Source of the DNA: Longimicrobiales bacterium
GTDB taxonomy: Bacteria > Gemmatimonadota > Gemmatimonadetes > Longimicrobiales > Gaopeijiaceae
Length of the DNA: 64,000 nt
Reading direction: 5' to 3'
Assembly: GCA_965116905.1 (NCBI GenBank)
Contig: OZ220732.1
Location: 2,304,001-2,368,000, forward strand
Positions 56,538-64,000 of this stretch are shown piece after piece. How positions within the stretch are numbered: the first letter of the stretch is position 1; every line of letters begins with the position of its first letter. Both the position numbers and the translations under genes were made by a program. The notes under the pieces are model-generated. The model was given only the letters and a program-made list of their open reading frames with translations. It had not been told where the DNA came from and did not search any database.

Positions 56538-59500
56538 ATGGGCATGCCACGTATGAACCGCAGGTTCGCCATCCTTCTCACATTCAACCTGCTCCCGATC
56601 GTGGCCCTCGCGGCCGCGCCGACAGATGCGCGGGCCCAGGGCGGGACGATCACGGGCCAGGTGACCGACGCCGGAACCGGGGCCCCGGTCGAGCTGGCCC
56701 AGGTGACGGTGGAGGGCACCAGGATCTCGGTTTCGACCACCGCCCAGGGGCGCTACCTCGTGACCGGCGTATCGGCCGGTGTCCGCACAGTGACCGTGCA
56801 GCGCCTCGGGTACTCCGACGCTTCCCAGGAGGTCACGGTCCCGGAGGGCGGCGCCGTCAGCCTGGACTTCGCGTTGACCACCGCCCCCGTGAACCTCAGC
56901 GGGATCGTGGTGACAACCACCGGCGAGCAGCAGAAGATGAGCATTGCGAACGTGATCGCGACGATCGGGGCCGACTCGATCGTCACGAGCGCGCCGATCA
57001 CGAACGTGACCGATCTGCTGCAGGGCCGCGTTCCGGGCGTGATGACCTTCAGCAACGCCGGGATGACCGGCTCGTCGGCCCGTGTCCGCATCCGGGGCTT
57101 CAACAGCCTGTCCCAGGACAACACGCCCCTCATGATCATCGACGGGGTGCGCGTGGAGAACACGACCGGGGGCGGCAGCCGGATCGGACCGGGACAATTC
57201 AGTTCCGGCTGGACGGCCGGCGCGGTCACCGACCTGAACCCCGAAGAGATCGAGTCCATCGACATCGTCAAGGGACCCTCGGCCGCGACGCTGTACGGGA
57301 CGGACGGGGCCAACGGCGTGATCCTCATCCGCACCAAGCGAGGCCAGCCCGGCGAAGCCAGGTGGAGCGTCTACACCGAGGGAGGCGTGATCCAGCAGGC
57401 CGCCGACGTGCACCAGGGCTACTACGCATGGGGTCGGAACGCCGATGGCGCGAGCATACGCTGCGAAAACCGCGTGCGTGTGGTGGGCGGCTGCACGTTG
57501 GACAGCCTCACCACATGGAGCGCGTTCCGTGACTCCCCGTCGGCTCCTCTGGGGCTCGGGCACCGCGAGCAGCTGGGGGTCCAGGTATCGGGCGGGGTCG
57601 AGCGATTCCGGTACTTCTTTGCCACCGAGCTCGAGAACGAGACGGGATACCTCGAGCTATCCGAATCGGAGATTGCGCGGAAACAGGAGGAGCGCGGCGG
57701 CGTCGAGATTCCCAGCTGGCAGAGACGCCCGAACTACTTGAAGCGAATGACGATGCGCGGAAATGTCACGGCGCGTCTCAACGAGACCGCGGACATCAAC
57801 ATCTCAACCGGGGTGACCCTGCAGGAAAGCCAGATCCCGAGCAACGGCGTCTTCTGGAGAGGCAGCTGGGGACCTGGCTACAATGACGACAACGAGGGGT
57901 GGTGGCTTGGTGACCGTCCCGGGGACCTCTTTGCAACCCGGGCCGGGTCCAACATCACCCGCTTTACGACCGGCATCAACGGGAACTGGATTCCGCGGCC
58001 GTGGCTGACGTTCCGCGGCACGGTCGGCCTCGACCACTCGGCTCAGTTCTCCAACAACCTGCTCCGGCGGGGCGAAGACACGTCGGGTGCTCTCAACACG
58101 GGCTTCCGCAACCACATTCGTTCCGACATCGCACTCTATACCGTCGACCTGGGGTCCACCGCCGAGTTCGACATCAATCCGACGGTCAAATCGAGAACGT
58201 CCTTCGGGGTCCAGTACAACCGCCGCCACCAGGGGGTGGCCCAGGCATACGGTTCGGATCTGCCGCCCGGGGCCCAGACCGTGAACGGCGCCGCCAACTA
58301 CCGGGCGTCCGAGTCCAATGTTCAATCGGTGGTGGCGGGTACGTACGTGGAACAGAACTTCGACCTGGACGGCCGCTTCTTCCTCACTGCCGCGATGCGG
58401 GCCGACGGTGCCAGCAACTTCGGCAGGGACTTCAAGACGGCCTGGTACCCCAAGGGAGGCTTCTCCTGGCTGATCTCGGAGGAAGGCTTCTTCCCTCGGG
58501 GCTCCTTCATCAACAGCCTCCGGTATCGGTTCGCGTACGGCGCTTCCGGCGTCCAGCCGCAGGCGACCGACGCACTGGCCGCCGTCAACTTCGGCAGTGT
58601 CTTCGTGAACGGTCAGTCGCGGACGGGGGCGTCGCTGAACGCGCTCGGCAATCCCGACCTCGGGCCCGAACGCGTGACCGAGTACGAAACCGGGTTCGAC
58701 ATGGAGCTCCTCGATGGCCGGGTGCAGTGGGAAGCCACCGCCTATTATCGCAAGAGCGTGGATGCGCTGGTGCGGCGGGCGATGCCGCGGTCCATCGGCA
58801 TTACCGGCACCGGGCAGCTGGACAATGTGGGTTCGGTGCGGAACATGGGAATCGAGGCCGACGTGCAGGCCGAGGTCTTCAGTCTGGCCGGGGCCACGTT
58901 CAGCATGAACGTCAATGGTTCCCTGAACTCCAACGTGCTCCTCGAACTCGCCGAGGGACTCCGTCCGCCGGAAGATCGCTTCATCAAGTTCGTAGAGGGC
59001 TGGCCGCTCTACGGACAGTGGGATCGGCCGGTACTGGGCTGGAACGACGACAACGGCGATGGCGTCCTGCAGGCCGACGAAGTCCAGGTGGGCGATTCCA
59101 TCATCTTCATCGGCAACACGAACCCGACCAGGATGCTCAACTTCACGCCGACGATCTCGCTGTTGGGCGGAAGACTTTACCTGAGTTCGCTCTTCGTGTA
59201 CCGGGGCGGCTGGGTGCAGACGAATTTCAGCGAGCTCAACAAATGCAACTTCGGCAGCTGCCGGGCGCGTAACGATCCGGACGCCCCGCTTCACTTGCAG
59301 GCGCAGTACATCGCCTTCACGAAGCCCGGTCTGACCTACGCCGGATACCAGGAAGACGGGACCTTCACGAGGTGGGCGGAAGCGCTGGTGTCGTACACCT
59401 TCCGGCCGGGCTCCCTCCAGCCGCTCGGCCTCGGAGCCAGCAGCGCCACGGTATCGCTCAGTGCCAGAAACCTGATGCTGTGGACGGACTACACCGGTCC

Positions 59501-59627
59501 GGACCCGGAGGTGACGGCGAACCCGTCGCTCAGCGGAAACTTCGGGACCCGCTGGGACCTGGGCTACGACAACCCCACGGCACCGCCGGCGCGTTACGTC
59601 ATCGTGCGCGTGAAACTCAACTTCTAG
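56538..59627 (+). CDS. SusC/RagA-type TonB-dependent outer-membrane receptor
   Basis: LLQGRVPG, RIRGFNSLS, PLMIIDGV, DLNPEEIESIDIVKGPSAATLYG..GANGVI, GNPDLGPE, YTGPDPE; GGAGG RBS. Confidence 0.93.
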   Translation: MGMPRMNRRFAILLTFNLLPIVALAAAPTDARAQGGTITGQVTDAGTGAPVELAQVTVEGTRISVSTTAQGRYLVTGVSAGVRTVTVQRLGYSDASQEVTVPEGGAVSLDFALTTAPVNLSGIVVTTTGEQQKMSIANVIATIGADSIVTSAPITNVTDLLQGRVPGVMTFSNAGMTGSSARVRIRGFNSLSQDNTPLMIIDGVRVENTTGGGSRIGPGQFSSGWTAGAVTDLNPEEIESIDIVKGPSAATLYGTDGANGVILIRTKRGQPGEARWSVYTEGGVIQQAADVHQGYYAWGRNADGASIRCENRVRVVGGCTLDSLTTWSAFRDSPSAPLGLGHREQLGVQVSGGVERFRYFFATELENETGYLELSESEIARKQEERGGVEIPSWQRRPNYLKRMTMRGNVTARLNETADINISTGVTLQESQIPSNGVFWRGSWGPGYNDDNEGWWLGDRPGDLFATRAGSNITRFTTGINGNWIPRPWLTFRGTVGLDHSAQFSNNLLRRGEDTSGALNTGFRNHIRSDIALYTVDLGSTAEFDINPTVKSRTSFGVQYNRRHQGVAQAYGSDLPPGAQTVNGAANYRASESNVQSVVAGTYVEQNFDLDGRFFLTAAMRADGASNFGRDFKTAWYPKGGFSWLISEEGFFPRGSFINSLRYRFAYGASGVQPQATDALAAVNFGSVFVNGQSRTGASLNALGNPDLGPERVTEYETGFDMELLDGRVQWEATAYYRKSVDALVRRAMPRSIGITGTGQLDNVGSVRNMGIEADVQAEVFSLAGATFSMNVNGSLNSNVLLELAEGLRPPEDRFIKFVEGWPLYGQWDRPVLGWNDDNGDGVLQADEVQVGDSIIFIGNTNPTRMLNFTPTISLLGGRLYLSSLFVYRGGWVQTNFSELNKCNFGSCRARNDPDAPLHLQAQYIAFTKPGLTYAGYQEDGTFTRWAEALVSYTFRPGSLQPLGLGASSATVSLSARNLMLWTDYTGPDPEVTANPSLSGNFGTRWDLGYDNPTAPPARYVIVRVKLNF

Positions 59628-59640
59628 GAAGGAGGAACCC

Positions 59641-60930
59641 ATGTTTACGGACAACAATAAATCACGCCTCCTTGTGGCCGCCGCCGGCGTGCTCCTGATC
59701 GGTTGCGACGCGCTCACGGAAGTCGATGCGCCGGATGTCGTGCAGCCGCAGGATGTCGACAACGCGGAGGGTGCCGCGTCGTTCGGTGCCGCCGCGCTCA
59801 ACAACCTCTATGGGCAATTCGCCAGCATGACATCGACTACCGGTCGATTCTCGGACGAGTTCTACCTCTCCGATTCCTTCAACGCCTTTGCAGCAGTCGA
59901 CTACCGGGAGCAGGCCGTTACCTACACCGAGTGGGGACCGGTTGGGCTGGGCCGGGGACGAACCTTCGCGCAGCTGGGCATCGACCTGTACCTCGAGCAC
60001 GCGCCGGAGGAGCGCGCCGAGATCGGGCAGCTCTACGCCGTACGCGGCTTCGCGGCGCTGCTCCTGGGAGAGGTCAACTGCAACGGAACCCCGCTCAGCG
60101 AGGTGGTCGACCTGAAGCCGGTCTACGGCGGACCGATCACCAGCGACAGCATGACGATGCGGGCCGTGGCAGAGCTTGACGCCGCGCTCGAATACGCGGC
60201 CGCGGACGAGCGCATCCTGAATCTCGTTCGCGTGGCCCGCGGCCGGGCGCTCACAAACCTGGGCCGTTTCAGCGAGGCCGCTTCGGCGGTTGCGGGCGTG
60301 CCTACGGACTACGTCTACCACGCCGAACTGTCCGCGGCCGGAGCCGGGCTCCAGAATCCCATCTTCAACACGAACAGCATGACGGACGTGTGGGGTGCCG
60401 TCACCGTTGCGGACGGCGAGGGGACCAACGGGCTCGACTTCGTGAGCGCCAATGATCCACGCGTTCCGACCGAGTTGCTCGGGACGGGCAGGGACGGCGA
60501 GACGGAGCACTACTACTACAAGAAGTTCACGGACCGGTATGACCCGATCGTATTGGCCTCCGGAATCGAGGCGCGGCTCATCGAAGCCGAGGCGGACCTG
60601 AAGGCCGGCGGCGGCAGGTGGCTGTCGATCCTCAACGACCTGCGGGCGGTCGCGATCGATCCGCCTCTGGAGCCGCTGATGGATCCGGGATCGCCCGACG
60701 CCCGGGTGGATCTCGTGTTCCGTGAGCGCGCGTTCTGGCTCTTCGCCACGGGTCACAGGATGGGCGACCTGAGGCGGCTTCTGCGCCAGTACGGGCGGTC
60801 CCAGAACGACACGCATCCGGTGGGGCACTACAAGGGACCGCAGAGCTACGGGACCGACGTGGTGTTCATCCTGACGCTTTCGGAGCAGTCGAATCCGGAG
60901 GGGTTTGTCTGCCTGGACAGAAACCCGTAG
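59641..60930 (+). CDS. SusD/RagB-like lipoprotein
   Basis: LIGC lipobox, EARLIEAEA, LNDLR, RERAFWLFATGHRMGDLRR; directly follows susC. Confidence 0.85.
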   Translation: MFTDNNKSRLLVAAAGVLLIGCDALTEVDAPDVVQPQDVDNAEGAASFGAAALNNLYGQFASMTSTTGRFSDEFYLSDSFNAFAAVDYREQAVTYTEWGPVGLGRGRTFAQLGIDLYLEHAPEERAEIGQLYAVRGFAALLLGEVNCNGTPLSEVVDLKPVYGGPITSDSMTMRAVAELDAALEYAAADERILNLVRVARGRALTNLGRFSEAASAVAGVPTDYVYHAELSAAGAGLQNPIFNTNSMTDVWGAVTVADGEGTNGLDFVSANDPRVPTELLGTGRDGETEHYYYKKFTDRYDPIVLASGIEARLIEAEADLKAGGGRWLSILNDLRAVAIDPPLEPLMDPGSPDARVDLVFRERAFWLFATGHRMGDLRRLLRQYGRSQNDTHPVGHYKGPQSYGTDVVFILTLSEQSNPEGFVCLDRNP

Positions 60931-60937
60931 GGCGGCG

Positions 60938-60978
60938 GGCAACGAGGGCAGGGGGTTCGCGCTCCTGCCCTCCTTGCC
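60938..60978 (+). terminator. GC-rich stem-loop after susD (possible terminator or RNA-stabilising hairpin)
   Basis: GGCAA-C-GAGGGCAGG pairs with CCTGCCCTC-C-TTGCC; no clear U tract. Confidence 0.45.
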
Positions 60979-61048
60979 GCTCTCGGGGGGCGTTGCAGTT
61001 CCTCCCGATACGCAGTTATTGTTCAAATGACGCATGGGAGGCGTCCAA

Positions 61049-61516
61049 ATGAACAATGACGACGTTGCGGCGGGGGGATTCAGTCTGAACAGACTTGCCG
61101 CCCGCATGGTGCGCGAAACCAGTCCGGCGTATGGCGGAACGCCGGCCGGCCTGGGCCGCGTTCGCAGGGCGGTGGAAGATGGCCTTCCGCCGGAAGTGGT
61201 CAAGGAGCTGCAAGCCGCGTTGAAGCGCTTCGGCGTCCGCCGCCCCTCGGAGTTTGTCAGCAGGATCGTTCCCAGGGCCACGCTGCGCCGCAGGGAGCGG
61301 CTCACGCCGGAAGAGGGGGAGGTGGTGGTGCGCATCGCCGCGCTGATGGCGCTTGCGGTGGACGTGTGGGGCTGCGAGAGGCGCGCCGCGAGATTCCTCG
61401 CGACTCCGCACATGTTGCTGGGACACGAGGTGCCCATCGAGGTCGCACTCTCGGAGGTCGGAGCGCGCCAGGTGGAGTACATGATCCACGCGCTGGATCA
61501 CGGACTTCCGGTGTAG
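61049..61516 (+). CDS. Antitoxin, Xre/MbcA/ParS (DUF2384) family
   Basis: VEDGLP, IVPRATLRRR, AVDVWG..AARFLATPHMLLG..PI..GARQVE; upstream of RES toxin. Confidence 0.88.
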   Translation: MNNDDVAAGGFSLNRLAARMVRETSPAYGGTPAGLGRVRRAVEDGLPPEVVKELQAALKRFGVRRPSEFVSRIVPRATLRRRERLTPEEGEVVVRIAALMALAVDVWGCERRAARFLATPHMLLGHEVPIEVALSEVGARQVEYMIHALDHGLPV

Positions 61517-61534
61517 CGGCACGGGTGCAGTCGG

Positions 61535-61978
61535 TTGGACCTCTACCGGATCCACCGCAGTCTCTACCCGGCACTTGATGGGTGGGGAGCCGCACGCTAC
61601 GGGGGACGCTGGAATCCTCCGGGCATGCCCCTGGTGTACGCTTCCCTGGCCTATGAAGGAGCTCTGCTGGAGCAGCTGGTACGAACTTCGGGAGGCGAGA
61701 TGCCGCTCGATCGCATCGCCTCCCGGATCGCTCTGCCCGCGGAGTGTGAGATCCCGGTGCTCGACCCGGCCGACCATCCGGATTGGCGGGACGGCGCAAC
61801 CTCCCGCAGAATCGGAAGGGACTGGGTCGCATCGCGTCGATCGGTCGCGTTACAGGTGCCCTCCTATGTGGCGCAACCCTGGGGCTGCAACGTGATCCTG
61901 AATCCGACCCATCCGGACTTCGACCGGGTGCGGGTGGCCGAGGTCGTCGACATTCGCTGGGACTCGCGGCTGTTCTGA
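61535..61978 (+). CDS. RES-domain toxin (NAD+ phosphorylase/ADP-ribosyltransferase-like)
   Basis: LYRI, GGRWNPPG, YAS, ALLE, VPS, NVILNPTHPDF, WDSRL. Confidence 0.9.
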   Translation: MDLYRIHRSLYPALDGWGAARYGGRWNPPGMPLVYASLAYEGALLEQLVRTSGGEMPLDRIASRIALPAECEIPVLDPADHPDWRDGATSRRIGRDWVASRRSVALQVPSYVAQPWGCNVILNPTHPDFDRVRVAEVVDIRWDSRLF

Positions 61979-62096
61979 CCGGATCGGTCGGACTCGCCCG
62001 CGAAGCGGTGGGCACAAGGGGGTGCATCGGTTCACCGCTTGGCGGTATAGTCCACGGTCGGACCAACGTCACTCCCCAGGCTCAAGGAGCCCGCGC

Positions 62097-63113
62097 TTGC
62101 AATACGCCCGTCTCGGCGACAGCGGCCTCGTCGTCTCCCGCATCGCGCTCGGCTGCATGAGCTTCGGCAGCCGGCAGTGGCGCCCGTGGATGCTCGAGGA
62201 GGACGAGGCCCAACCCTTCTTCCGGCGTGCGGTCGAACTCGGCATCAACTTCTTCGACACGGCGGACGTGTACTCGCTCGGGGTGAGCGAGGAGATCACC
62301 GGCAGGTGGGTGCGCGAGTTCGCGGTCCGTGACGAGGCGGTGATCGCCACCAAGGTCAAGATGCGCATGGGGCCGGGGCCGAACCGGGGGGGACTGTCGC
62401 GGAAGCACATCGTCCAGTCGTGCGAGGCTTCGCTCCGGCGGCTGGGGGTGGAGCGGATCGACCTGTACCAGATCCACCGCGCCGATCCGGCGACCCCGGT
62501 CGAGGAGACGCTGGCCGCGCTGGACCACCTGGTCCACCAGGGCAAGGTGCTCTACCTGGGCGCGTCGTCGATGTACGCGTGGCAGCTCATGAAGATGTTG
62601 TCGGTCTCGGAGCGCCGCGGCTGGGCGCGTTTCGTGTCGATGCAGAACCACTACAACCTCGTCTACCGGGAAGAGGAGCGTGAGATGATGCCGCTGTGTG
62701 TTGAGGAGGGGCTCGGCGTGATCCCGTGGTCGCCGCTGGCGCGCGGACTGCTGACCGGCAAGCGCGCGCGGGGCAGCCACGAGGCCTCGGTTCGCGACGA
62801 GCACGACGCCTCCATGGCCGACGAACTGTACGACCACGAGTCCGACTGGGAGGTGGTGGACGCGACGTTGCGGGTCGCGGAGCGCCGCGGGGTTGAGCCG
62901 GTGCAGGTGGCGCTGGCGTGGCTGCTGTCGCGGCCCGCGGTGGTGGCCCCGGTCGTGGGGTTCACGAAGGTCCAGCAACTGGACGCGGTGGCGGGCGCCG
63001 TGGACGTGGCGCTGACGGACGGGGAATGCGCTGAGCTGGAGGCCCCGTACCGTCCGCATGCCGTGCGGGGGTGGCTGGATGGGCCCGTGCGGCTGCCGGG
63101 GATCAGCTCGTGA
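62097..63113 (+). CDS. Aldo/keto reductase
   Basis: LGCMSFG, FFDTADVY, IATK, IDLYQIHR, GKVLYLGAS, QNHYNL, PWSPLARG; TTG start after AAGGAG. Confidence 0.93.
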   Translation: MQYARLGDSGLVVSRIALGCMSFGSRQWRPWMLEEDEAQPFFRRAVELGINFFDTADVYSLGVSEEITGRWVREFAVRDEAVIATKVKMRMGPGPNRGGLSRKHIVQSCEASLRRLGVERIDLYQIHRADPATPVEETLAALDHLVHQGKVLYLGASSMYAWQLMKMLSVSERRGWARFVSMQNHYNLVYREEEREMMPLCVEEGLGVIPWSPLARGLLTGKRARGSHEASVRDEHDASMADELYDHESDWEVVDATLRVAERRGVEPVQVALAWLLSRPAVVAPVVGFTKVQQLDAVAGAVDVALTDGECAELEAPYRPHAVRGWLDGPVRLPGISS

Positions 63114-64000
63114 GCGGGGCTGCGGCGGGTGGTGGTGTGCGCGCCGGCATCCCGGGCCTGACCCTGACGCGCGCCGACTTCGAGGCCGCCTACGAGAACG
63201 TCCGGCCGCACGTCTACCGCACCCCGCTGCTGACCAGCCGTTCGCTGAGCGAGGCGTGTGGCCTCGAGGTGCGCCTCAAGGCCGAGCTGTTTCAGCGGGG
63301 CGGGTCCTACAAGGTGCGTGGCCCGCTCAACAAGATCGCCAGGCTGAGCGACGAGGAACGGGCCCGGGGCGTGATCTGCTCGTCGGCGGGCAATCACGCG
63401 CAGGGCGTGGCGATCGCGGCGCGGCACTACGGGGTGAAGGCCGTCGTGTGCATGGCCGAGAATGCGACGCCGGCGAAGGTCGCCGCCACCGAGGGTTACG
63501 GTGCGCGCGTCGTGCTGCACGGCAGCATCTGGGACGAGGCCAACGAGAAGGCGCTCGAACTGGTGGACTCGGAGGGCTACACGTATGTGCACCCGTTCGA
63601 CGACCCCGACCTGATCGCGGGGCAGGGGACGCTGGGACTCGAAATCATGGAGCAGTTCCCCGAGGTCGAACTGGTGGTCGTGCCGATTGGTGGCGGCGGG
63701 CTGATCTCGGGGATCTCCATGGCGGTGAAGTCCATCAACCCGGACGTGCGGGTCATCGGCGTCGAGTCGTCCGGGGCCCCGGCCATGAAGCGCAGCGTGG
63801 AAGCGGGGTCGCGAGTGACGCTCGACAGCGTCGACTGTGTCATCGACGGTCTGGTCGTGAAGCGTGTGGGCGGGAACACCTGTTCCGTCGTGTCCCGCTT
63901 CGTGGACGAGATCGTCACCCTTCCTGACGAGCAGATCTTCGACGCCATGCTCTGGCTGATGGCGCGCGCCAAGCTCGTGACCGAAGGCGCGGCCGCGTCG
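63110..64000 (+). CDS. PLP-dependent threonine/serine dehydratase (3' truncated by window)
   Basis: RTPLLTS, LKAELFQRGGSYKVRG, SSAGNHAQG, HPFDD..IAGQGT, VPIGGGGLISG; GTG overlaps the AKR stop. Confidence 0.92.
   Translation, partial: MSGAAAGGGVRAGIPGLTLTRADFEAAYENVRPHVYRTPLLTSRSLSEACGLEVRLKAELFQRGGSYKVRGPLNKIARLSDEERARGVICSSAGNHAQGVAIAARHYGVKAVVCMAENATPAKVAATEGYGARVVLHGSIWDEANEKALELVDSEGYTYVHPFDDPDLIAGQGTLGLEIMEQFPEVELVVVPIGGGGLISGISMAVKSINPDVRVIGVESSGAPAMKRSVEAGSRVTLDSVDCVIDGLVVKRVGGNTCSVVSRFVDEIVTLPDEQIFDAMLWLMARAKLVTEGAAAS

Overview
A 64-kb, very GC-rich (by eye about 68-70%), gene-dense bacterial chromosomal window. The gene content points to Gemmatimonadota, possibly a marine or sponge-associated lineage (inference from a Gemmatimonadota-type Zn-ribbon hypothetical, SusC/SusD, and a plant-type LRR lipoprotein). 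It opens with a housekeeping run (aspS 3' end, phoH, 7TM-HD hydrolase, ybeY, mgtE, meaB, IcmA-type acyl-CoA mutase), then a MITE-like element, a sigma54 two-component pair and a tandem duplication of an OmpA-domain gene. The rest is accessory, rich in secreted peptidases, hydrolases and TonB-dependent receptors. Best leads: (1) a His-rich DUF2946/CruR-like leader ORF (CxCxxxC, C-terminal NGPP) upstream of a Met/His-rich outer-membrane barrel whose Shine-Dalgarno can be sequestered in a hairpin, a candidate copper-responsive ribosome-stalling switch; (2) an operon of PD40-amidohydrolase, Tat-exported orphan LanC-like protein, PLP decarboxylase and an NCS2 permease with a degenerate RsbW-like domain; (3) an MqsA-type HTH fused to a HEPN/AbiU2-like RNase under a palindrome-containing promoter; (4) a large hypothetical with a RelE-like C-terminus; (5) an elastase-like protease inserted inside an SdrD-B fold; (6) a parS-like palindrome, a structured SusC leader, several 3' gene remnants and recurrent short tandem duplications at gene boundaries. 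No rRNA, tRNA, CRISPR array, transposase or integrase was seen. All family assignments come from motif recognition, not database searches.
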